NCBI GenBank assembly: GCA_017453885.1
Contig: JAFTDZ010000274.1
Location: 1 to 37,774, forward strand
Length of the DNA stretch: 37,774 nt
From: Clostridia bacterium
Lineage (GTDB): Bacteria > Bacillota > Clostridia > Christensenellales > Borkfalkiaceae
Direction of reading: 5' to 3'
Shown one piece after another: positions 19,301 to 26,367 of this stretch. Under the pieces are notes generated by a model, which saw only the letters and a program-made list of their open reading frames with translations, was not told the origin of the DNA and ran no database searches. The translations under genes and the position numbers were made by a program. The number at the start of each line of letters is the position of its first letter. Within the stretch, counting starts at the first letter, position 1.

Positions 19301-20472
19301 AAGGCGCTTGGGCGCAGAGCGGTAACTACGCCGTTTTCCTTATCGGTACCGACGGCTTCAAAGTAGTCGAATGCGTAAACGGCGTTCTCCCCATGGGCGA
19401 AGATCCGAACGGAAATCCCATCGCTCAATGGTCAACGATTCTGGACGATCCTTCCACCCTCGAGGGCGCGAATAATTACGACGTGTGGTATGTGTGGAAG
19501 CAGGTGACCGTAGTTACGATAACCACCGTAGATAAGATAGACGAGGAAGACGGATTTATAGGTTGGGAAGCCACCATAACCTTGACAGGCGGAAATTCCG
19601 GCGCAACGATAACGCGGAAGTATTCTTCCACCAACACGGCGGTACAAGGCGCGGGTTACGTAGGAGTGGAATTCTTTACCGGCGCTAAGATAAACGAGGG
19701 AAGCGGCGGATTCAATCTGAGAAGCGTTACCGTAAAGGGCGTTGAAACTTACGACGCCAAGGCGGAAAAAGCCAAAGCAGTTTCCGAAAAGATAGCCTCT
19801 CTTCCCGAAGATATCACCGCCGAAAACGTTGAGAGCGTAAAGGCGATCATCGCGGAGATAAAAGAGAGTTACGCCGCTCTCGACGACGAATATAAGCAGA
19901 CCGTGGAAAACTACGGTAAAGTTGCCGAAACCGAAGCCGCCGTGGCGGTTTACGAATCCGGCGTTAAAGTAGCCGCGGTAACGGCTGAAATAGCGGGGCT
20001 CGGAGAAGCGGGAAATACAAGGGCTTCCTATTCCGAAGCGAGGGCTTCGTATCTCTCCGTGAACGCCGCTTACGAAGCGCTTACCGACGCCGAAAAGGCT
20101 GCCGTAACGAACGCCGATAAACTCGCCGCGTTCAGGGCGGCGCTCGAGGCGCTCAAGGCGGATATAGATGCCGCCGACGGAACGGACGCGCTCATCACCG
20201 CGCTTATAACCGACGTTACCGCCGAAAACATCAACGACGCGAAAGCCGCTTACGAAGCCGCATATAACGCCTACGCGGCGCTTACCGACGCGCAGAAGGC
20301 TCTTCTCACCGAGGACGCCGCCGTTATCGAAACCGTTAAAGCCGCTATAGACGCGATCGAAACGCCCGAAAAGAAAGGTTGCTTCGGCGGGATCGACGCG
20401 GGGTACGGCATCATCTCGGCGTTTGCGGCGCTCGCTCTCGCGGCGGTCGCGAAGAGGAGATTCGCAAGATAG
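16387..20472 (+). CDS. 1361-aa secreted modular surface protein: signal peptide, four copies of an unassigned ~220-aa beta-rich module, two Ala-rich helical repeat regions and a KKGC/TM/basic C-terminal tail
   Basis: Strong RBS AAAGGAGGAAATT-ATG. The signal peptide is MKKRNLLTLLSVILALSLAIGFSTMYVSA/EG. Modules span roughly aa 30-243, 244-466, 467-690 and 905-1130. The helical repeats carry A-Y-x-A-L-T-D-x-Q-K six times. The tail is KKGCFGGIDAGYGIISAFAALALAAVAKRRFAR. Confidence 0.85.
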   Translation: MKKRNLLTLLSVILALSLAIGFSTMYVSAEGETTVDYALDGAKWQRSTNAAFDADGMRATAASYAWVTNEVGGNSTVKVTSVANIADSTWGYSWVMVKSDGTQTAWDPGQATSTGNFIAVGIGRSAGAVYVYECADGEVTVDKAWRDFNNAFVWYEDRGTTVYEITSTDTDTGVKLDITITGKENAQAGGSAVCSWTYNSANKQLWGNQNIIIGHTGSGTFDGTQYYKYNVEVTDRASAYVYDPYTRYDNDAEKWGTLSNVTVTDSGMYQTANSSSAITTPFGGNATIKLDVDFVEAAGGWGGLMVMVKGSAEDYAATAWGWGSPDRPVVNSAQGSWIAVFIGNGKCGVITCDNGTVTEKTDAEAFTGINGNSFWYVHKQKNSFVITTEDYADGAKINIAFTPSGYAANTGDTYFYTANIENKALWGEQSLAVLTTTGGGTYNAETNAYGVKIAAEDSGYEYVVDDGSVRYDNDAEKWETLSNVTVTEDGMYQTNAVNGNSSAVSVAFGANATVKLTVDYVNANGGYGGLIVMVKGTAADYAGTVWKWDSATASATSAQGSWVAVYIYNGAAGVYICKNGVVTDISNAFAGINGYSFWYVHKQTNTFVITTEDTATGANVTISFTPSGHESNTGATFSYTASVEDKMIWGEQNLSVVSLFGGGTYGADTNAYSVKVKAEASEYNKDMAKAYEVSALISAISYEEITAANYTAVRNATVAARTAYDALTQAQKNLINEAEYAVLTKAESDLENVDALVLAQYAISILPEGAFTVENYEENKELVLDAYEKYSALTDEQKAEISDDDTQKLLSLKAALDEFTVNYEKAAEVDGMIATLPETITVYGENMRAITAAKAAYDALTDYQKTLVASSAKLTAALKALSAYEYALYGNDYNFTASEENFAHVGTEGRMEYSENGVTVNIGDNGQSFVLGRKLGNGETVQFVIDSRLTNSGWGNFYFVFKHDEPVTCHSKGAWAQSGNYAVFLIGTDGFKVVECVNGVLPMGEDPNGNPIAQWSTILDDPSTLEGANNYDVWYVWKQVTVVTITTVDKIDEEDGFIGWEATITLTGGNSGATITRKYSSTNTAVQGAGYVGVEFFTGAKINEGSGGFNLRSVTVKGVETYDAKAEKAKAVSEKIASLPEDITAENVESVKAIIAEIKESYAALDDEYKQTVENYGKVAETEAAVAVYESGVKVAAVTAEIAGLGEAGNTRASYSEARASYLSVNAAYEALTDAEKAAVTNADKLAAFRAALEALKADIDAADGTDALITALITDVTAENINDAKAAYEAAYNAYAALTDAQKALLTEDAAVIETVKAAIDAIETPEKKGCFGGIDAGYGIISAFAALALAAVAKRRFAR
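17116..18453 (+). repeat. Tandem in-frame duplication, 2 x 669 nt (223 aa), inside the surface-protein gene
   Basis: 17125-17196 matches 17794-17865 with about 5 mismatches in 72 nt. 17502-17558 matches 18171-18227 with about 7 mismatches in 57 nt. The offset is exactly 669 nt in both cases. The rest of the units are similar at protein level. Confidence 0.85.
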
Positions 20473-20486
20473 TTCAACGTTGCTTT

Positions 20487-20526
20487 GCGGTTGCGGCTTG
20501 ACCGCCGCAACCGCTTAAAAGTTTTT
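20487..20526 (+). terminator. Rho-independent-like hairpin after the surface-protein gene
   Basis: A perfect 11-bp stem, GCGGTTGCGGC (20487-20497) with GCCGCAACCGC (20504-20514), has a 6-nt loop and is followed by TTAAAAGTTTTT. The next gene starts only 24 nt later, so it probably terminates only partially. Confidence 0.65.
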
Positions 20527-20549
20527 ATAAAAGCGCAAAGAGGTTCAAC

Positions 20550-22415
20550 TTGAAAAGTTTTTACGCAAAAATCAGAACGGCAATACTTATCGCCGCCGCG
20601 GCGATGCTTTGCTTTATATTGTGTTCCTGTTCCGCCGCGGAGGTAAACCTCGCCCGCGACGGCAGCGGGACCGCCACCGTGAGAATAGCCAAAACTTACA
20701 TCGACGACGGCGTTACCGTTTCCGTTACGGAAAAAGACGTAAAGGACAGGATAGACGGCTTGATAAAAGCGGTGGAATACAGTTCCGGCATGGAGAACAG
20801 GTTAAAACTGAGATCTATCAAAGATGCCGGCGAATTTTACTCTGTAAATCTTTCTTTCATGCGCGCTCAATATATCTGTACATACGGCGGTGACGCGGGC
20901 TATTACTCTTATAAAAAGTCCTCGGAATTCGTAAAGGAGGCGGACAGCGTAGCCACGCTTACGGAATATTGGTATTACGGTTCTTATAAACCGTATCTTA
21001 AAAGTTACGAAAACGCCAAATACAACTTCGCCAACTACAGGCGGCCGAGCGCAAACGCCGCTCTCAAACCAAAGCGCGCCGGCGCGGAACTTACCGAGGC
21101 TGAAGTTGCCGGACTGTTTTCGGAAAGCGGAGAACTTGCGGAAAATGCCCGCGGGCGCATATTCACTTTTTACATAGCGGATATGGAATGGCTTGAAAGC
21201 ATAACTTTCAACTTCAAAGGGAAAGTAGAGGTTTACGCCGGTACCGGAACGGTTACCGCGGGCGAACGCTCGCTGACCGTCACGCCCGTAACCGAAAAGG
21301 CGGACATAACGGGTATAGACGCCGACGGGGAAGTGATTCACGAAACTCGCGACGTAAAATGTTTTGTCGGCTACGTATATTTCACGCTCGAAGCGAATAA
21401 AGCCGCCGTCGGCATATTCGCCGTTCTCGGCGTCGCTCTCGCCGGCTTCGTTATTTACGGAATAATTACCGGCGTTTTCAAAAGGTTTTTCAAAGGGAAA
21501 TTCTTCAGGTCGCTCGTCAGGAACTACGACCTGTATCTTATGGTCATACCGGGCGTAGTTCTGCTCTTTTTGTTCGCGTATCTGCCGATGGGCGGCGTAA
21601 CGCTCGCCTTCAAAAACTACCGCACTACGGACGGGATATGGAGAAGCGAGTGGACGTCTATGTTCGGGCTCAAAAATTTTTACGATCTGTTCGCGGAGAG
21701 GAACAGTTTCCCGCTGCTGATAAAAAACACTTTCGTGCTGGCGTTCTGGAAGTTTATTTTCGGTTTTCTTATCGCCATAGCGCTCGCGGTGCTGTTCAGT
21801 TATCTTAAAAACGGGCTGTTCAAAAAGACCGTTCAGACGATCTCTTACTTCCCGTATTTTATATCGTGGGTGGTAATTTCCACCATATCGTATATGTTTC
21901 TCGCCACCGACGGCGGAATACTCAACAAGGCGATAACCGCGTTCGGCGGAACGGCGATAAACTGGTACGCCTCGCCGAAATACTGGCCGTTCATTCTCAC
22001 CTTTACGGCTATGTGGCGAACGGCGGGGTATTCTACGATAATTTACCTCGCGGCGATAGTGAATATAAATCCGTCCCTTTACGAAGCGGCGACGATAGAC
22101 GGGGCGGGCAGGTTTCAGCAACTTCTGCACATCACCCTGCCGGGGCTTATCCCCGTTCTCGGGATACAGATAGTGTTCAGCCTCGGCAATCTCGTAAGGG
22201 ACGATTTCGACCAGATATACACCATGGTAAGGGGAAGCGCTCTGTTAAGGGACACCACCGATACCATAGGTAAAATAGTTTACGAAAATATAGGAACACC
22301 CTCGGCTTACAGCAGTACCGCCGCTATGGGGCTTTTGCAGGGATTAGTGGGGCTTATACTCGTGGTGACGAGCAACGCCATTTTAAAGCGCCACGACATT
22401 CAGGGCGCGTATTGA
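20550..22415 (+). CDS. ABC sugar-transporter permease (LplB/CUT1 type) fused to a ~310-aa N-terminal lipobox, extracytoplasmic domain and extra TM
   Basis: The TTG start lies 6 nt after the AAAGAGG RBS. The lipobox-like sequence is FILCSC (Cys27). A domain with no recognisable family spans about aa 28-284, and a TM spans aa 285-309. The canonical LplB-like core follows (NYDLYLMVIPGVVLLFLFAYLPMGGVTLAFKNY ... EAATIDGAGRFQQLLHITLP, the EAA loop). Confidence 0.85.
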   Translation: MKSFYAKIRTAILIAAAAMLCFILCSCSAAEVNLARDGSGTATVRIAKTYIDDGVTVSVTEKDVKDRIDGLIKAVEYSSGMENRLKLRSIKDAGEFYSVNLSFMRAQYICTYGGDAGYYSYKKSSEFVKEADSVATLTEYWYYGSYKPYLKSYENAKYNFANYRRPSANAALKPKRAGAELTEAEVAGLFSESGELAENARGRIFTFYIADMEWLESITFNFKGKVEVYAGTGTVTAGERSLTVTPVTEKADITGIDADGEVIHETRDVKCFVGYVYFTLEANKAAVGIFAVLGVALAGFVIYGIITGVFKRFFKGKFFRSLVRNYDLYLMVIPGVVLLFLFAYLPMGGVTLAFKNYRTTDGIWRSEWTSMFGLKNFYDLFAERNSFPLLIKNTFVLAFWKFIFGFLIAIALAVLFSYLKNGLFKKTVQTISYFPYFISWVVISTISYMFLATDGGILNKAITAFGGTAINWYASPKYWPFILTFTAMWRTAGYSTIIYLAAIVNINPSLYEAATIDGAGRFQQLLHITLPGLIPVLGIQIVFSLGNLVRDDFDQIYTMVRGSALLRDTTDTIGKIVYENIGTPSAYSSTAAMGLLQGLVGLILVVTSNAILKRHDIQGAY

Positions 22416-22426
22416 GAGGTGAAGGT

Positions 22427-23302
22427 ATGATAATACGTTCCAGAGGAGAAAAGATATTCGACGTGATAAACGTGTTTATCATGATCGTTTTCGCGGCGCT
22501 TTTCATAATACCCGCGCTTCTTATGATATGCTCGTCCTTCACCGCCACGCGGGAACTCACGCTTTACGGTTACAGCCTTATAATACGCAAATTTTCGCTC
22601 GAATACTACAAGAGCATTTTCGGAATGGAGAGCAATCAATTTGTGCTATCGCTCGGCAACTCCGTATTCGTATCGGGGCTGACCACCTTCTTTATGGTGC
22701 TTACGACGAGTTTCTTCGCCTACGCCATAACCCGCAAACAGATGAAATTCAAAAAGATTCTTTCGTTCTATCTTATTATCCCTATGCTGTTCAGCGGGGG
22801 CACCATACCTTATTACCTTATCGTGAACGGTTTGGGGCTGATGAATTCGCTTTGGGCTATAATACTGCCGGGTTCGGTCAGCGCCTGGTATATACTGCTC
22901 GTAAAAAATTTCTTTTCTTCGCTGTCCGAAAGTCTTAACGAGGCGGCGGAGATAGAGGGCGCGTCTAATTTTCAGGTGTTGTTTCACATAACGCTACCGC
23001 TCGGCTTTCCGATAATAGCCACCATAATATTATATACAGCCGTCGGCACCTGGAACGACTGGTTTCAGGCTTCCATATTTCTCGACAGCAATCACTATAA
23101 CCTCTGGCCGCTGCAGGCTTTCGTAAGGCGGCTGCAGGACAGCGACGAATTCTTAAAATCGTATTTCGGCAACACTTCGCTCAATTTCAACGGAATAAGA
23201 ACTGCCGCCGTTATACTGTCGCTGATACCGATAATTATGGTGTATCCGTTCGTTCAGCGTTTCTTCATAGAGGGAACGATGGTCGGTTCGGTAAAAGAAT
23301 AA
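22427..23302 (+). CDS. ABC sugar-transporter permease (LplC/CUT1 type)
   Basis: The ATG at 22427 follows a GAGGTGAAGG RBS. The EAA-loop region is EAAEIEGASNFQVLFHITLPLGFP. There are six predicted hydrophobic segments. Confidence 0.9.
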   Translation: MIIRSRGEKIFDVINVFIMIVFAALFIIPALLMICSSFTATRELTLYGYSLIIRKFSLEYYKSIFGMESNQFVLSLGNSVFVSGLTTFFMVLTTSFFAYAITRKQMKFKKILSFYLIIPMLFSGGTIPYYLIVNGLGLMNSLWAIILPGSVSAWYILLVKNFFSSLSESLNEAAEIEGASNFQVLFHITLPLGFPIIATIILYTAVGTWNDWFQASIFLDSNHYNLWPLQAFVRRLQDSDEFLKSYFGNTSLNFNGIRTAAVILSLIPIIMVYPFVQRFFIEGTMVGSVKE

Positions 23303-23324
23303 ACTCTTAAAAGGAGGAGATATT

Positions 23325-24995
23325 ATGAAAAAAATTATAGTTTTACTACTCGTTCTCTGCGTGGGAACGGCACTGTTCTCTTGTAAGAAAGAGAAGGTCA
23401 AAGATTCCACCGGCGAGGGAACTTCCGCTTCCCAAACCTGGGAAGAAGCCAAATCGAACAGCGTAAAAATAACCGTTTATATGGACGAGAGCAACGTTTA
23501 CGGCGCTTACGTAAGGGGCTCGGAAGAAAAATTCGTCAAGGACGCCGTGGAGAAAAAATTCTGGGAAGATACCGGCAACGCAATAGATCTGAACGTGATA
23601 ATAGAATCGCATTCTACTTTCAGCAACTCCTTCGCGGGTGTAATGTCCACGGGCGCGTGGGACGCTGCCGTATCCTATCTCGGGCAGGCGGGGCTTGAAG
23701 AGACCGTTCTGAATAACGACGTTACGCTCGACCTGACCGATTCTTTAAGAAGATACGGTTCGCACATATACGGCGAAAACGGCGCCGTTGACGACGAGGC
23801 GCTATACGCCGTTACGAACTTCAACGAGGAGATAATAGGTATCCCTTCGGTAAATCTCACCAAGCAAAAGGGCGTACTCGTGCGCAAGGACTATATGGCC
23901 GCCGTTGGATACACCGAGAGCAAAACCGAGGCGGAAAATTCCGGCGGAACGCTTAAATACTGCGGCACCATAAAGGATTTTGACCAAATGGTGCGCAAGA
24001 TGAAGGCGGAGATACCCAAGTGCGTAACGCCGCTTTCCGGCAACGTTTACGATATGGAGTTTACCCTTCTCGCAGGGGCTTACGGCACCGCAGGCTACCA
24101 GTACAGGTCGATAAATTACAACGATAACGGAACGATAAACGAAGTCGTACCCGGGTGGATATCGGAAAATTACGGCAAAGTTCTCAAGCAGGAATACGAC
24201 TGGGTAAAGGACGAAATATGGGAAGCGGACAACGCCACCATAACCGAGAGCGTAAGGCTTTCCAACCTCGCGGCGGGCAAGACGGCGGTTTATTTCGCCA
24301 ACCCCACCGTAACCAACCTTATAGACGTTTCGAGAAGGGTAAAAGCGATAGATTCTTCGGCGGAATTCGTACTGCTCGATCCGCTCGACGCGGTTGACGA
24401 ATCCGGCAACGCGATAGAGGGCACGGGCGCCTTCGTGGAAGTTTCCCGCACGACGGATTGCCTTATAGTAAACAAAAAATCCAAAAAGGCCGATCTCGTT
24501 ATAAAGTATCTCGACTGGATGTATTCGGATAAAGACAATTACGAACTCTGCGCTTACGGCGTAAAGGGCTCTCAATGGAAAGATTCTTCCTTCGGCAGCG
24601 ATTATTACGAATATGCGGACGATTATTACGTAGATCACAGACCGTATTCGGGCGTTTACGCCCTGCTCCACAACGACGAGATCTCCTGCCGCATCCTGAT
24701 GCAGTATAGCGAAACGGAGAGGAACTGGATAGAAAAGGTCAGGAATTATCCCTGCCTTTCCAACCCGACGGACGGAATGCTTTTCTACGGAATGAGCGCG
24801 CTTATAAACTCCAACTTCGTAACGGCGGAAGCGGATATGTATCTCAACTGCGCTACGAAGGCTTGGGCGGGCGCTTCCGATCCCGCGGTGACGTGGCCTG
24901 CCGCCTGCGAGCATTACAGAAATCAGGCGGGCGACTATATAGTATGGCTTACTAATCAATATAAACTTTACAAAGCCGCGAGGATCAACGGATAA
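23325..24995 (+). CDS. Large (556 aa) lipoprotein solute-binding protein of the ABC importer (LplA-like)
   Basis: RBS AAAGGAGGAG. The signal peptide has the lipobox LFSC. Its size and position directly after two CUT1 permeases are typical of LplA-type extracellular solute-binding proteins. Confidence 0.8.
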   Translation: MKKIIVLLLVLCVGTALFSCKKEKVKDSTGEGTSASQTWEEAKSNSVKITVYMDESNVYGAYVRGSEEKFVKDAVEKKFWEDTGNAIDLNVIIESHSTFSNSFAGVMSTGAWDAAVSYLGQAGLEETVLNNDVTLDLTDSLRRYGSHIYGENGAVDDEALYAVTNFNEEIIGIPSVNLTKQKGVLVRKDYMAAVGYTESKTEAENSGGTLKYCGTIKDFDQMVRKMKAEIPKCVTPLSGNVYDMEFTLLAGAYGTAGYQYRSINYNDNGTINEVVPGWISENYGKVLKQEYDWVKDEIWEADNATITESVRLSNLAAGKTAVYFANPTVTNLIDVSRRVKAIDSSAEFVLLDPLDAVDESGNAIEGTGAFVEVSRTTDCLIVNKKSKKADLVIKYLDWMYSDKDNYELCAYGVKGSQWKDSSFGSDYYEYADDYYVDHRPYSGVYALLHNDEISCRILMQYSETERNWIEKVRNYPCLSNPTDGMLFYGMSALINSNFVTAEADMYLNCATKAWAGASDPAVTWPAACEHYRNQAGDYIVWLTNQYKLYKAARING

Positions 24996-25050
24996 ACAAG
25001 CAACGGTCAAATAAAAAAACGCGCGTAAAGCGCGGCAGGAGGAAAAATAT

Positions 25051-26355
25051 ATGAAAAAATTAAGGATGATAACGGCAGTTTTCGCCGCAGCGGCGATCTT
25101 GGCGGCAATGCCGCTTTTCGCGGCGTCGGCAGAGGGCTATTCTTATGAAATAGCCGAGGAAAACGACCTCGCTTCCTGGCGGTACGACTGGAACACCGTG
25201 GAGATAGGCTCGGGCAAAACCGGTTTTGAAAGCGGAAACCTGAAAATGGAGAACATAAATCAGGGCACCGCGAACTACGCACTTTACAAAACAAACAAAT
25301 TCAACGAATTTCAACTCGATTTTTACGCAAATCTGTATCTGCCTTCCCCGAGCGACACGGGCAAGGACGGAACAGATTACGCCAACCTTTACTTGACTTT
25401 TTATATCGATTTCGACGACGCTTCTCTCGTTGAGAACGCGGCTATGGCGGCTTGCCCGTGGACTATGAACAAGGGCTGGTTCTCCGTGTGCTTCGAGAGA
25501 ATACAGGGTTACAGCAAAATTCAGTTCCTCGTCAACGAAACTTTCGACGGTCACGGAGAAACCCGTTACTTCCTCGATAAGGACTGCGTAACCGCTTCCA
25601 CCGACTGGTGCGACAACAAATATCATTGGTTCAGAATAACCGCGCAAAGTACCCGCACGGCGGATTTCGCCACGTCCGGCTGTACTTACACCGTTTATAT
25701 CGACGGGGAAAAGGAAGCCGAAACTTTCCTTTGCGACAGGATATATTCCAACACCAACCTCGCGTGGGAAGAAGTCAGGTTCAGCGAGAAGAAGGGATAC
25801 TTCGGCTTCTGGGCTTCAAGCGGTTACGGAATGGGTATGGGCACAGCCGAAACCGGCGCTATGGCGGATATAAAAAATCTTTCCGTAACATCTTTCGACG
25901 GCGGGAACGACACCCCGTATCCGAGGTCGGCTATGCCCGTTGCGAATATTTCCGCCAACAATTCTTTCTCTCCAGAAGCGAGTTACGAAACGGGCGAAGA
26001 TATAGAGATAAGGCTTGCCGATCTGTTCGAGTACGACGGCGAGGATAAATTAACATATACCGCTTCTTACAACGGAGAGCCGATAGGCGAGATAAAGAAC
26101 AACTATTTCGTATGGAACCCGACGGAAGAGGGCGTTTACGATATTGACTTCACGGCGGTCACCGCAGACGATCTCTCCGCAGCGAACAAAGTCCGCCTGC
26201 GCGTGGTAAAAGGCGCCGCGCCCGTTCAGCCTGCGGAAAGTTCCGATAAAGTAAGCGAAAAGACTTCTAAAAAAGGTTGCGGTTCGTCTGTTTCCGCAGG
26301 TTTCAGCGGCATTGTTTTGCTCGCCGTTTTCGCCCTGCGCAAAAAGAGAGCGTGA
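25051..26355 (+). CDS. Secreted surface protein: ConA/LamG-like beta-sandwich (pattern-level guess), Ig-like domain and KKGC/TM/basic C-terminal tail
   Basis: RBS GGAGGA. The signal peptide ends AASA/EG. There is no catalytic motif I recognise. The end-of-domain pattern KKGYFGFWASSG...MADIKNLSVTSFD is reminiscent of lectin-like jelly rolls. The tail is KKGCGSSVSAGFSGIVLLAVFALRKKRA. Confidence 0.7.
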   Translation: MKKLRMITAVFAAAAILAAMPLFAASAEGYSYEIAEENDLASWRYDWNTVEIGSGKTGFESGNLKMENINQGTANYALYKTNKFNEFQLDFYANLYLPSPSDTGKDGTDYANLYLTFYIDFDDASLVENAAMAACPWTMNKGWFSVCFERIQGYSKIQFLVNETFDGHGETRYFLDKDCVTASTDWCDNKYHWFRITAQSTRTADFATSGCTYTVYIDGEKEAETFLCDRIYSNTNLAWEEVRFSEKKGYFGFWASSGYGMGMGTAETGAMADIKNLSVTSFDGGNDTPYPRSAMPVANISANNSFSPEASYETGEDIEIRLADLFEYDGEDKLTYTASYNGEPIGEIKNNYFVWNPTEEGVYDIDFTAVTADDLSAANKVRLRVVKGAAPVQPAESSDKVSEKTSKKGCGSSVSAGFSGIVLLAVFALRKKRA

Positions 26356-26367
26356 GCGGAAAAGACC

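Noticed and set aside
20371-20472. The C-terminal tails as classical sortase (LPXTG) cell-wall anchors.
   Set aside because: No LPXTG/NPQTN-like pentapeptide precedes the hydrophobic segment in any of the three proteins. The conserved element is KKGC instead.
20550-22415. The idea that the 621-aa ORF is really two genes (a lipoprotein and a permease) merged by annotation.
   Set aside because: There is no stop codon. There is also no in-frame Met or RBS between the extra TM helix and the conserved LYLMxxPG segment. The predicted topology of the fusion is coherent. It is kept as a finding, pending read-level confirmation.
20550-24995. The ABC transporter has no ATPase gene next to it.
   Set aside because: CUT1-type sugar importers in Firmicutes commonly share a distant MsmK-type ATPase, so the absence is ordinary.
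25020-25034. A small hairpin, CGCGC-GTAAA-GCGCG, between the SBP gene and the next gene, considered as a possible terminator.
   Set aside because: It has only 5 bp, no downstream T-tract, and an RBS follows immediately. That is too weak to call.
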